The position numbers and the translations under genes were made by a program. A stretch of DNA of 64,000 nucleotides. It comes from an uncultured Alphaproteobacteria bacterium. GTDB lineage: Bacteria > Pseudomonadota > Alphaproteobacteria > Rs-D84. Where the stretch lies: positions 3,104-67,103 of the forward strand of contig CALXXD010000005.1 of assembly GCA_944392595.1 (NCBI GenBank), written 5' to 3'. How positions within the stretch are numbered: the first letter of the stretch is position 1; each line of letters starts with the position of its first letter. The notes under the pieces are model-generated. The model was not told where the DNA came from. It searched no databases and was given only the letters and a program-made list of their open reading frames with translations. Shown here in pieces: positions 17,196 to 26,780 of the stretch.

Positions 17196-18380
17196 ATGGC
17201 ACGGGATAAATATATTTCTGTTAAAAGCGGGGTGAATGGGTTTTCGTTTGCAAACCTGGGGTTATTTACCGGGTTCGCAGACGGTATTTATAATGCGGTT
17301 TATTCCCTGGTTTTGATGGAAATTTTTGCAAATTCCGCAGTTGTTGGTGTCTATGTCGCGATTTATGCTGCGTTTTGCATGATTGTTGGTTTGTTCGCGA
17401 ACGAGATTTTTCGCAGATTTTCCAAAGTGCGCGTTTTCTTTGCGGCAACGCTGTTTTTGGCGGCCGGATACGCGATGATGAGTTTTTCTGTGCGTACAAG
17501 TACTTTTGTTATGTTGGATTATGCAACGGGTGTGGCGGTAACGCTGGTCGGGATTTTAATACCGTTGTTTATGTCTGATTTTTCAGGGCGCGTTGGTATG
17601 GCGCGATTAAATTCGAGATATCATTTGTGGATGAATGTGGGCGCGCTGTTCGCGCCAACAATCGCGGTCGCAATCGCAAACCAATTCGACAACAGGGCGG
17701 CGTTCTTTGCGGCGGCGTTGATTTATTTTGCGTGTTGGATGGCGTTTAATTTATTCCGTGTCGCGCAAAGTGATAAAAAAATTACGCCCGTCAATCCGCG
17801 GCGAACGTTGCGGGCGTTGATAAAAAATGCAATTGCGTTTTTTAAAACACGTGGAATGGCGCGCGCGTATGCGGTTAATTTTGGGTACTATGCTTTGCGC
17901 GCAATGCGGTATTTATATGTGCCAATTGTCGTTATTGAAAATGGTTTTTCAAAAGATACGCTGGGTTGGGTTTTGACGTTGGGAATTGTTCCTTATTTAA
18001 TATTGTCGGATGCAATGGCGCACTTTGTACGTAAAGATGGCAAGAAAAAATGGCTGATGTTGGGATTTGTGTCGTTTGCGGTAATGTCTGTGTTGGCAAC
18101 GTTCGCAACTGGTTTCCCATTGCTGATTATATTTGTCGCGTGGCAGGTATCGGGTGCGTTGATGGAATCTGTGCATGATTTGTTATTCTTTGATGGTACA
18201 ACGCGCGCGGCACAGACCAAGTTTTATGGCGTGTTCCGCACCAGTGTTAATTTACCCAATATTATTGCACCACTGTTGGCGGCGATGTGTATCACGGCCT
18301 TTGGCGGAACGTCCGCCGTTTGGGTTGTGACCGCGGTTATTGGGGCGATATCAGCCGCACTGGTTGTTGCCAAAAAATAA
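17196..18380 (+). CDS. MFS transporter
   Basis: About 394 aa with about 12 hydrophobic spans. Start set to the second ATG because of the promoter position. Confidence 0.7.
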   Translation: MARDKYISVKSGVNGFSFANLGLFTGFADGIYNAVYSLVLMEIFANSAVVGVYVAIYAAFCMIVGLFANEIFRRFSKVRVFFAATLFLAAGYAMMSFSVRTSTFVMLDYATGVAVTLVGILIPLFMSDFSGRVGMARLNSRYHLWMNVGALFAPTIAVAIANQFDNRAAFFAAALIYFACWMAFNLFRVAQSDKKITPVNPRRTLRALIKNAIAFFKTRGMARAYAVNFGYYALRAMRYLYVPIVVIENGFSKDTLGWVLTLGIVPYLILSDAMAHFVRKDGKKKWLMLGFVSFAVMSVLATFATGFPLLIIFVAWQVSGALMESVHDLLFFDGTTRAAQTKFYGVFRTSVNLPNIIAPLLAAMCITAFGGTSAVWVVTAVIGAISAALVVAKK

Positions 18381-18467
18381 TTTTGTCGCGATGATAAGGG
18401 TCTTATTTTCGTTGCGTGTGGCGTAAATAAATTGTATGATTTTGCTGATAAGAAAAGGGGACAAGTT

Positions 18468-19562
18468 ATGGCAAAAAAAGAAGCAGCAAGTACAACATCC
18501 GCACCGGCAAAAAATCCGGCGTTGGAATCTGCGTTGGCACAAATTCAAAAACAATTCGGCAAAGAAGCAATCATGAAAATGGGCGATGGTTCGCAACAGA
18601 ATATCGAGGCCATTTCGTCCGGTTCTTTGGGGTTGGATATTGCGCTGGGGATTGGCGGATATCCGCGTGGGCGCATTGTTGAAATTTATGGGCCTGAAAG
18701 CAGTGGTAAAACAACGTTGGCGTTGCATGCCGTGGCCGAGGCACAGAAAAAAGGCGGTACATGCGCGTACATAGATGCTGAAAATGCGTTGGATCCGTCG
18801 TATGCGAAAAAATTGGGTGTTGATGTTGCGAATTTAATTATATCACAACCCGATTCGGGCGAACAGGCGTTGGAAATCGCAGACACGCTGATTAAATCGG
18901 GGGCGGTTGATGTTGTTGTTATCGATTCGGTCGCGGCATTGGTGCCCAAGGCTGAATTAGAAGGCAATATCGGCGATTCGTTCGTTGGTACAACCGCGCG
19001 CCTGATGTCGCAAAGTTTGAAAAAGTTGGCCGGTTCTGTGTCGCGCAGTAATACGTTGTTAATCTTTATTAACCAAATTCGTATGAAGATTGGCGTGATG
19101 TTCGGTAATCCTGAAACAACATCTGGGGGAAATGCGTTGAAATTCTATGCATCGGTGCGTTTGGATATTCGTCGCACTGGGCAGATTAAAGACAAAGAAA
19201 ATGTTATCGGTAACGAGACGCGTGTCAAGGTTGTGAAAAATAAAGTCGCGCCACCGTTCCGTACCGTCGATTTCAAAATTATGTATGGCGAAGGCATTTC
19301 GCGTATCAGTGAAATTCTGGACATGGGGGTAAAGTACGACTTTATCGAAAAGGCCGGCAGTTTTTATTCTTATAATAATGAACGCATGGGCCAGGGCGAA
19401 AACAATGCGCGTCAATGGTTAAAAGAACATGAAGATGTTCAAAAAGAATTGCTGGATAAAATTATGGCGCGCGCCAGTGGTATTGCCGAAGAAATGACAA
19501 CCGGACCCGCCGATGATGATGATGTGGCAACCGATGTTGATGGTGGCGGCGTTGAAGAATAA
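18468..19562 (+). CDS. recA: recombinase RecA
   Basis: [23 protein letters not shown], Walker [14 protein letters not shown], acidic C-terminal tail. SD AAAAGGGGA before the ATG at 18468. Confidence 0.95.
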   Translation: MAKKEAASTTSAPAKNPALESALAQIQKQFGKEAIMKMGDGSQQNIEAISSGSLGLDIALGIGGYPRGRIVEIYGPESSGKTTLALHAVAEAQKKGGTCAYIDAENALDPSYAKKLGVDVANLIISQPDSGEQALEIADTLIKSGAVDVVVIDSVAALVPKAELEGNIGDSFVGTTARLMSQSLKKLAGSVSRSNTLLIFINQIRMKIGVMFGNPETTSGGNALKFYASVRLDIRRTGQIKDKENVIGNETRVKVVKNKVAPPFRTVDFKIMYGEGISRISEILDMGVKYDFIEKAGSFYSYNNERMGQGENNARQWLKEHEDVQKELLDKIMARASGIAEEMTTGPADDDDVATDVDGGGVEE

Positions 19563-19572
19563 AGGTGTATAA

Positions 19573-20481
19573 ATGAATTGGACAAGACTTTGGGCGCAAA
19601 CCAATATGATAATGCGTGGGCACGTGTTTAATTGGTTGTGGCGTAATCGCAGAAAGCGTCGCGCTGTACTCGCCCAGGTATTGTCCGAAGTTATCCCGAA
19701 TTATTTACGGCGATATTTGCCGGCCGCCGCCGCGGTTGTTGAATCGCCCGTTGTGCGTGACGATAAAAACGAAAAAATCTGGACATTGTGGTTACAGGGC
19801 GAAGATAAAGCACCGCCGTTGGTTCAGGCTTGTTTTCGGTCTGTGCGAAAAAATTGCAAGCAAGAATTGGTTGTGTTGGATGAAAAATCCGTGCGCGATT
19901 ATATTACTTTGCCCGATATTATTTGGCAAAAGCGTGCGGCCGGTAAAATTGGTCATGCGCATTTTGCGGATATTTGTCGTGTCGAATTGCTGTACGAGCA
20001 TGGTGGAATTTGGCTGGATTCAACAGGGTTTGCGACGGGTGCAATTCCAAAATGGATAACGGACGAAGATTTCTTTGTATATTTGGTTGGGCCGGATGGT
20101 GCGTTTTCATACAGTTTTATGCAAAATTGTTTTATCCGGGCACGGCGGGGCGCATATTTGTTGGCTGCGTGGCGGGCGATGATTTTGGATTATTGGGTGC
20201 ATGAAGACAGTGCTATGGAATATTTTGTGCATCAGTTGATATTCAAAACATTGGTTATGAATGATGCGCGCGCAAAAAATTATTTTGCCAAAATGCCACA
20301 TGTGGTTCAGGCGCCAACGCATGCGTTATGGTGGTCTTATCGTGATGCGCCATTTAATCAGGATACATTTAATCGTGTGACGTCTGGGGCTTTTTTTCAA
20401 AAAACTACTTACCAGGGAACAGAAAACCCAATAAGTGGCAGTTTTGCCGACGTTATGATTAACCAAATGTATAAAACTTGA
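19573..20481 (+). CDS. capsular-polysaccharide-synthesis family glycosyltransferase (Caps_synth/GT32-like)
   Basis: IWTLWLQGEDKAPPLVQACFRSVRKN...HFADICRVELLYEHGGIWLDSTGF pattern. Confidence 0.6.
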   Translation: MNWTRLWAQTNMIMRGHVFNWLWRNRRKRRAVLAQVLSEVIPNYLRRYLPAAAAVVESPVVRDDKNEKIWTLWLQGEDKAPPLVQACFRSVRKNCKQELVVLDEKSVRDYITLPDIIWQKRAAGKIGHAHFADICRVELLYEHGGIWLDSTGFATGAIPKWITDEDFFVYLVGPDGAFSYSFMQNCFIRARRGAYLLAAWRAMILDYWVHEDSAMEYFVHQLIFKTLVMNDARAKNYFAKMPHVVQAPTHALWWSYRDAPFNQDTFNRVTSGAFFQKTTYQGTENPISGSFADVMINQMYKT

Positions 20482-20494
20482 TATGGGGGGATTT

Positions 20495-21535
20495 ATGCCA
20501 AAAATATCCGTTATAATACCTGTGTATAATGTCGAAAAATACCTGCGGCGTTGTTTGGACAGTTTGTTATCTCAGACTTTTACCGATTGGAATGCGATTT
20601 GTGTAAATGACGGCAGCACGGATAAAAGTGGCGAAATTTTATCTGAATATGCCGCGCGTGATGGGCGGTTTGTGGTAATTACAAATACTGAACGTGCAGG
20701 TCCGTCGGTGGCGCGTAATATGGGAATGGCGGCTGCGACGGGTGATTATATTTTGTTTGTTGATGGTGATGATTTTATTCATCCGCAAACTATGGAAATC
20801 ACATATTTTTTGGCAATGCGCGATGGAACAGATATCGTATCCTTTACATATAATCGGAATTACAGACCAAAGTTGATGTTGCGCCATAAATTGGGGTTAA
20901 AGACTGACGGCATTGAACCGCGTGGTATTTTGCGCAGATATAATCCCGCACGAGTGGCAACATTGGTAACGGATGATATTTTCAAATATGCGACCGAGCA
21001 AACACACAATGCTTTTAACCCGCGCCGCAAATGGTTAATCAAGCATTGTCAGGTTTGGAAAAATTTATATCGGCGTGATTTGATTTCTGATATTAAATTT
21101 ATAGATGGAATTTTATACGAAGATTTTCCGTGGTGGTCCGCGGTGATGTTAAAAAATCCGCGTGTGACAATTGCGCCTTTGCCGTTGTATTATTATCGGC
21201 CGAATTTTGGCGGGATATTTTTATCGGCCGGGCAAATGAATGCGTTTTGTGGGATTTGTGTCGGGATAAAGGATACTTTTTTATTGTATCAAAAAAATGC
21301 TTCACAATATCAAAACCAACAATGGGCAAAAAATTTCAAATGGTATTTTATTAAATGGGCGTTTGGAAAAATTAAACATTTTACAAGTGCGGCTGATTTG
21401 AATGTTGCGCGCGATTGGTTTTGTGATTTGAACAAGTGCGGGGCGTTGGATACACCACCGAATAAAAAACGAAAAAAATTGCGCCGCAAAATTAACAAGT
21501 TCATAGGCAAGGATTGCAAACATGTCAAACGTTAA
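20495..21535 (+). CDS. family 2 glycosyltransferase (tandem copy 1)
   Basis: PKISVIIPVYNVEKYLRRCLDSLLSQTFTDWNAICVNDGSTD...DGDD. Start at the ATG at 20495 after a GGGGGGA SD. Confidence 0.85.
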   Translation: MPKISVIIPVYNVEKYLRRCLDSLLSQTFTDWNAICVNDGSTDKSGEILSEYAARDGRFVVITNTERAGPSVARNMGMAAATGDYILFVDGDDFIHPQTMEITYFLAMRDGTDIVSFTYNRNYRPKLMLRHKLGLKTDGIEPRGILRRYNPARVATLVTDDIFKYATEQTHNAFNPRRKWLIKHCQVWKNLYRRDLISDIKFIDGILYEDFPWWSAVMLKNPRVTIAPLPLYYYRPNFGGIFLSAGQMNAFCGICVGIKDTFLLYQKNASQYQNQQWAKNFKWYFIKWAFGKIKHFTSAADLNVARDWFCDLNKCGALDTPPNKKRKKLRRKINKFIGKDCKHVKR

Positions 21536-22559
21536 GCCGAAAATATCTGTTATTGTACCTATTTATAATGTCGAAAAATATCTGCGGCGTTGTTTGGACA
21601 GTTTGCTGGCCCAGACTTTTACCGATTGGAATGCAATTTGCGTCAATGACGGCAGTCCTGATAAGTGCGGTGACATTTTGGCTGAATATGCCGCGCGCGA
21701 TTCGCGTTTTGTTGTTGTGAATAAAGAAAATGGGGGATTGTCGGATGCGCGCAATGTTGGTATGCAGCACGCAAATGGCGAATACATTATGTATCTGGAC
21801 AGTGATGATTTTATTCATCCGCAAACTATGGAAATAGTTTATTTTTTGGCGGCGCGCGATGGGTCTGATATAGTATCTTTTACATACGACCGGCGTTACA
21901 GGCCAAAGTTAATGGTGCGGCATAAATTGGGGTTGAATACGGATAATGTCGAACCACGTGGTGTTCTGGGTCGGTACAATCCCACCGCCATCAAAACTTT
22001 GGTGACGGATGATGTATATGCGTATGCGACCGAGCAAACACACAACGCTTTTAATCCACGTCGTAAATGGTTGATAAAGCATTGCCAGGTTTGGAAAAAT
22101 TTATATCGGCGCGATTTAATTTCTGATATTCCATTTATCCGCGGAATTTTATTCGAAGATTTCCCGTGGTGGTCCGCGGTGATGTTGAAAAATCCGCGGG
22201 TGACAATTGCGCCTTTGCCGCTGTATTATTATCGGCCGAATTTTGGCGGGATTGTTTTGTCCGCCAAACAATTAAAAATATTACACAGTTTGTGTGATGG
22301 AATTGAAAACGCGTTTGGTTTATATAAACAAAATGCCAATGATTATCAGATGCGCCAATGGAATAAAAATTTTAAGTGGTATTTTGTGCGGCGTGCGTTT
22401 GGCAAAATTAAGTATTTGGATAATCAGGTGGATGTCGATGCGGCGCGTGCGCGGTTTGTTGAATTGGAAAAAATTGGGGCATTGGATAATCCGCCGATGC
22501 GCATGGCGCGGCGATTGCGTCGCGAAATATGCGAATTTATAAAAACGTGTAAAAAATAA
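21522..22559 (+). CDS. family 2 glycosyltransferase (tandem copy 2)
   Basis: PKISVIVPIYNVEKYLRRCLDSLLAQTFTDWNAICVNDGSPD...DSDD. About three quarters identical to copy 1 over the full length. 14-nt overlap with copy 1. Confidence 0.85.
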   Translation: MSNVKPKISVIVPIYNVEKYLRRCLDSLLAQTFTDWNAICVNDGSPDKCGDILAEYAARDSRFVVVNKENGGLSDARNVGMQHANGEYIMYLDSDDFIHPQTMEIVYFLAARDGSDIVSFTYDRRYRPKLMVRHKLGLNTDNVEPRGVLGRYNPTAIKTLVTDDVYAYATEQTHNAFNPRRKWLIKHCQVWKNLYRRDLISDIPFIRGILFEDFPWWSAVMLKNPRVTIAPLPLYYYRPNFGGIVLSAKQLKILHSLCDGIENAFGLYKQNANDYQMRQWNKNFKWYFVRRAFGKIKYLDNQVDVDAARARFVELEKIGALDNPPMRMARRLRREICEFIKTCKK

Positions 22560-22583
22560 ATCGCCACATTTGTGGCGATTTTT
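22560..22583. terminator. bidirectional rho-independent terminator
   Basis: AATCGCCACATTTGTGGCGATTTTT between convergent glycosyltransferase genes. A near-identical copy lies at 49933-49961. Confidence 0.75.
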
Positions 22584-23424
22584 ATATTCCCAATTTTTTG
22601 AATCGCGATGGGATTTTTACCACGCGTTTTAATCCAAACATACCCGGTTTATCCAATGCGTATATTGGGCGCGCAAAGGTTTGTAATATGCGCGCGCGGC
22701 GCAGCCATTTTTCATCCCGCGCGGGCAGGTTGGTTACCGCGTTAATCGTGCCATTGCCACGTCGGCGCAGGTGATTTAACCAATCTGCGCCACGGGCCGC
22801 AGCCTTTTGTTCCAACATTTGCATATCCACCGCACCAAAATGCAGCAGATATAAATTTTTATCGATATGAAAATTATGACCGGATATGCTGTGAAATCCA
22901 GAACCCCAATCGACAGGTGCGTTTTTTACAACCGGTTTTGTGTATCGTGTGGAAAGTAATGCGTATTCGCGCTGGGGTAATATGGGGGCAGACGTGTCCA
23001 GTGTCGATTCGCAATTCATATTTTGCCCAACGTCCAATCCCAATCCAGATACTGTATTTTTGATTTTTATGCCGGATAAATATTCGGCCAATGTTTTGTT
23101 TGTGTTTGTATCAACAATTAAAAACTCATCGCAATCGCAACCGATAACAATATCATAACTTTTTAATAATTCGCGCGCCAAATCATTCATTAAACCGATT
23201 CGATATTTATCGCCCACCGCGCGGGGCATATCTGTGTGCGGCAATTTTTTTATGTGCGCCGCGCCCGCGTTTTTTGGGGTAACTTGGTCTGTGCCATCCA
23301 GATATATGTACAGATTTTCAGTACCGATTTCGTCGCCGTAATATTTTATCCAGCGGCTCAGAAAAAATTCATCGTTGCGTGCCATTGTGATGGCTGCGAT
23401 TTTTTTCAATTTTTGTGGTTTCAT
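22582..23424 (-). CDS. GT2-like glycosyltransferase (Glyco_tranf_2_4-like)
   Basis: AAITMARNDEFFLSRWIKYYG...YIYLDGTD...GCDCDEFLIV (DxDEF). Confidence 0.55.
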   Translation of the reverse strand: MKPQKLKKIAAITMARNDEFFLSRWIKYYGDEIGTENLYIYLDGTDQVTPKNAGAAHIKKLPHTDMPRAVGDKYRIGLMNDLARELLKSYDIVIGCDCDEFLIVDTNTNKTLAEYLSGIKIKNTVSGLGLDVGQNMNCESTLDTSAPILPQREYALLSTRYTKPVVKNAPVDWGSGFHSISGHNFHIDKNLYLLHFGAVDMQMLEQKAAARGADWLNHLRRRGNGTINAVTNLPARDEKWLRRARILQTFARPIYALDKPGMFGLKRVVKIPSRFKKLGI

Positions 23425-24272
23425 AATTTATCCGTACAGATTTTTTTTATGAAATATTTCATATGTCTGTACCATATTATAAACGGATTTTTTGTTAAAA
23501 GCCAGTTTATATATTCGTCGCCCAATGTCTGGCGTGCGCCGGTTAAAATTGCGTCGCGTGTGTCGGGGGCGATATGATTTAATACGTATAATATCTGATT
23601 TCCCAATGCGCCATCGTGTCTTAGCAGTGCGTTTTTTTTCATAAATGGCATACCGATGCGATAAAAATGTTTTATGCGGTTATAAACGCTGCGCCCCGGT
23701 GCGCTGTACATACAGCGATATGTGTGATTGTGTTTATCCAAGTTGCGAGTAAATCCGTCTTCGTACAAAGATGTTATTTGATATTTGTATTTTTGTTTTG
23801 TAACCGATGATATAAATTCATCAAACCAATTTGATAAAAATACATTTGGGCGCATTCCGATAAACCAAGATTCCAGATGCGGATTGCGTTTGTTCGGATT
23901 ATATACCAGACCAAAAGCGTCGGTATTAAACGATTCGATTTTTTCAAAATATGGTGCGATTTCATACAGTGGCCCATATACTGAATCATTTATCAAATAT
24001 ACAAATTCATATTTTGATAAAATGCCTGTGTCCCGCGCGTACGTGTATGCACGCCGATATGAACCGAAATCATATTCGCCATGTTTTTGCGCCGTGGCAT
24101 AAACAGTGTATTTGGAAATTTTACCCAATTCTGAATCAGGCGCATCGCAATCCATAACCAAAATCACATCGCCACATTTGGACAGTTTTTGCACCATATA
24201 TACCAACGACGCATCAACAATATTTTTTGCGCTGTAACCTGCGATTAAAAACAATCGTTTATTCTTCGACAT
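23421..24272 (-). CDS. RgpF (rhamnan synthesis protein F)-like polysaccharide biosynthesis protein
   Basis: HGEYDFGSYRRAY...YLINDSVYGPL...PHLESWFIG follows the RgpF N-terminal-domain pattern. 4-nt overlap with the downstream GT gene. Confidence 0.5.
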   Translation of the reverse strand: MSKNKRLFLIAGYSAKNIVDASLVYMVQKLSKCGDVILVMDCDAPDSELGKISKYTVYATAQKHGEYDFGSYRRAYTYARDTGILSKYEFVYLINDSVYGPLYEIAPYFEKIESFNTDAFGLVYNPNKRNPHLESWFIGMRPNVFLSNWFDEFISSVTKQKYKYQITSLYEDGFTRNLDKHNHTYRCMYSAPGRSVYNRIKHFYRIGMPFMKKNALLRHDGALGNQILYVLNHIAPDTRDAILTGARQTLGDEYINWLLTKNPFIIWYRHMKYFIKKICTDKL

Positions 24273-26097
24273 TTTTCCGTGTTTTTTTGCGGATGTTGCT
24301 GTCCAGTTCTTTTTTGCGCAAACGAATCGTTGCGGGTGTTACTTCGACCAATTCGTCGTCTTGGATATACGATAATGCTTCTTCCAGTGACATTTTGCGC
24401 GGCGGTGCCAAGAATAATTTTTCATCCGCCGTAACCGAACGCACGTTGGTTAATTCTTTGCCTTTGACCGGATTAACCTCAAGATCATTTTCTTTGCTGT
24501 GTTCGCCGATAATCATGCCGGAATAAACCTCGGTCTGGGGGCCGACGAACAATACGCCGCGTGGTTCCAAGTTATGCAGCGCGTATGTGGTGGTCAGGCC
24601 GCTTTCCATAGATACCAACACGCCCGGACGATATTGTGAAATTGCGCCGCGGTACGGTTCGTATCCAGAAAACACACGGTTCATGATGCCTGTGCCACGT
24701 GTGTCTGTGCGGAATTCAGATAAATATCCAATCAAACCGCGGGATGGTGCGGAAAATACTATACGCGTTTTGCCACCGCCGGATGATTTCATTTCTGTGA
24801 TGGTTGCTTTGCGCTTGGTCATTTTTTCAATGACTACGCCCGAAAATTCGTCATCAACGTCGATAACAACTTCTTCAATAGGTTCCAATTTTTCGCCGTT
24901 TTCGCCATCGTGCATAACAACGCGTGGGCGGGATACGCTTAATTCAAATCCTTCGCGGCGCATGGTTTCAATTAAAATTCCCAATTGCAATTCGCCACGT
25001 CCGGATACTTCAAACGATTCGTTGTTCGCGCTTTGCGTGACGCGCAGGGCGATGTTGGTTTCTGCCTCTTTAAAAAGGCGTTCGCCGATCATACGTGATG
25101 TTAATTTTTTGCCGGACCGACCCGCCAAGGGTGATGTATTTACAAAAAACGTCATGGTCAGGGTCGGTGGATCAATCGGCATTGCCGGAATAGGTTCGGT
25201 AACATCTGGCGCGCACAGGGTGTCCGCCACGGTCGCACGTGAAAATCCAGCCACAACAACAATGTCGCCCGCAGATGCAGATTCCAATGATACTTTTTCA
25301 ATTCCGCGATGTTCGATAATTTTTGTGATTTTTGCATTTTCGATAAATTCACCATTCATGTTGATGGCTTTGACAGTCTGGCCAACGCGTACAGTGCCCG
25401 ATTCGATTTTGCCGGTTAAAATGCGACCGACGTATGGGTCAGCCTCCAGCGTTGTTGCTAACATAGAAAAAGGCGCGTCAATTTGACAACGCGTGCCATT
25501 GCAGTCTGGGGCGGGGACGTGGTCTATTATCAATTGGAATAATGGTGTCAGGTCTTTGTGTTCGTCGTCCAGGTTACGCACGGCCCAACCATCGCGGCCG
25601 CATGCGTACAGGTACGGGAAATCCAATTGCGAATCGGTTGCACCCAATTTATCAAATAAATCAAATGTTTCGGTTAAAACTTCGTCTGGGCGGGCGTCAG
25701 ACCGGTCGATTTTGTTAATGCATACAATCGGACGCAGCCCCAGTTTTAATGCCTTGCTTAATACAAATTTGGTCTGGGGCAGGGGCCCTTCGGCCGCATC
25801 GACCAACAATACCACGCCATCAACCATGGATAAAATACGTTCAACCTCGCCACCAAAGTCCGCGTGGCCGGGGGTATCAACAATGTTGATTTTATAATCG
25901 TTCCATTGGATAGATGTTGGTTTTGCGGAAATAGTAATCCCGCGTTCGCGTTCTATGTCGCCACTGTCCATTACGCGTTCGGCCACACGTTCGTTTTCAC
26001 GGAATGTGCCCGATTGCTTTAACATATTATCAACCAGTGTAGTTTTACCATGATCAACGTGTGCAATTATTGCTATGTTGCGTATCTTCATAACCAT
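24259..26097 (-). CDS. typA: translational GTPase TypA/BipA
   Basis: 612 aa. IRNIAIIAHVDHGKTTLVD, DTPGHADFGGE, NKID. Confidence 0.95.
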   Translation of the reverse strand: MVMKIRNIAIIAHVDHGKTTLVDNMLKQSGTFRENERVAERVMDSGDIERERGITISAKPTSIQWNDYKINIVDTPGHADFGGEVERILSMVDGVVLLVDAAEGPLPQTKFVLSKALKLGLRPIVCINKIDRSDARPDEVLTETFDLFDKLGATDSQLDFPYLYACGRDGWAVRNLDDEHKDLTPLFQLIIDHVPAPDCNGTRCQIDAPFSMLATTLEADPYVGRILTGKIESGTVRVGQTVKAINMNGEFIENAKITKIIEHRGIEKVSLESASAGDIVVVAGFSRATVADTLCAPDVTEPIPAMPIDPPTLTMTFFVNTSPLAGRSGKKLTSRMIGERLFKEAETNIALRVTQSANNESFEVSGRGELQLGILIETMRREGFELSVSRPRVVMHDGENGEKLEPIEEVVIDVDDEFSGVVIEKMTKRKATITEMKSSGGGKTRIVFSAPSRGLIGYLSEFRTDTRGTGIMNRVFSGYEPYRGAISQYRPGVLVSMESGLTTTYALHNLEPRGVLFVGPQTEVYSGMIIGEHSKENDLEVNPVKGKELTNVRSVTADEKLFLAPPRKMSLEEALSYIQDDELVEVTPATIRLRKKELDSNIRKKTRKNVEE

Positions 26098-26181
26098 TTA
26101 ATTAACCCCGTATGCTTAAATTTTTCGTAATCATAAGATTATACTATAAATCAGCGTTTTCAACAAATATCTGTAAAAATC

Positions 26182-26211
26182 TTGACATTTTTGTGTTTTG
26201 TGCGATATAAT
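26182..26211 (+). promoter_or_regulatory. sigma70-type promoter TTGACA-N18-TATAAT
   Basis: CTTGACATTTTTGTGTTTTGTGCGATATAAT. It shares about 28 nt with the ftsK promoter at 39858-39888. Confidence 0.6.
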
Positions 26212-26243
26212 TAATGTTTGACTGTAAAAGGAGTAGTAAAAGT

Positions 26244-26657
26244 ATGAAATCGAAGATAGATTATGAAGCAAGTGTAAAAACTTTTTTTGAATCTGTGCGT
26301 TGGTTGTTGGTAACAAATGCAAGAAGGGTTAAACCAGATGCACGTGCAGAAATTATGAAAAATTTGGTTTGTGTAAAAGAAATTTCACGTTTGCCACACA
26401 GATATTCTGATTATCGTGTGCGGGAACGTTCAGGAAACAATCCGTCCAATGTCGGTTTCGTGCGTGGTCAGACAAATGTTTATGACGAATTTTTGACCGC
26501 GTTAAACGGTATTAACGTATATTGTAATTCTGATTTGCCGAACAAGGGCGAAGTGTTTAATAAAAGCATGGCAAAGTGGCATAATGCATTGTCTGGCAAT
26601 CGTATAAAAACTGTTTTGGCGCGCGTTGCGGGTCAAAAGTTGGTTCGCGTAAGATAA
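26244..26657 (+). CDS. hypothetical small basic protein (paralog 1)
   Basis: 137 aa from the ATG at 26244, with an AAGGAG SD. KIDYEASVKTFFESVRWL...YSDYRVR aligns weakly with the 26781 product. Confidence 0.5.
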   Translation: MKSKIDYEASVKTFFESVRWLLVTNARRVKPDARAEIMKNLVCVKEISRLPHRYSDYRVRERSGNNPSNVGFVRGQTNVYDEFLTALNGINVYCNSDLPNKGEVFNKSMAKWHNALSGNRIKTVLARVAGQKLVRVR

Positions 26658-26680
26658 TTGTTTAACGAAAAATAAAAAAA

Positions 26681-26709
26681 GTCTGCACGGTTTTGTGCAG
26701 ATTTTTTTT
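26681..26709 (+). terminator. rho-independent terminator
   Basis: TCTGCAC-GGTTTT-GTGCAGA followed by T8. Confidence 0.8.
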
Positions 26710-26719
26710 ATCATAAATA

Positions 26720-26747
26720 TTGACAATTTATAATTTTTGTCTATAAT
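26720..26747 (+). promoter_or_regulatory. sigma70-type promoter TTGACA-N16-TATAAT
   Basis: TTGACAATTTATAATTTTTGTCTATAAT lies 33 nt upstream of the ATG at 26781. Confidence 0.55.
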
Positions 26748-26780
26748 TTAATGTGTAATTAAAGTAACAGGAGATGAATT

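Noticed and set aside
24587-25486. 299-aa plus-strand ORF (also 25493-25897).
   Set aside because: It is antisense to typA, whose GTPase motifs are intact. This is a shadow frame.
26098-26140. Mini-ORF ATG ATT ACG AAA AAT TTA AGC ATA CGG GGT TAA upstream of typA (minus strand).
   Set aside because: The ATG lies only 3 nt after the TATAAT box, so it is probably upstream of the TSS. It shows no codon bias of interest.
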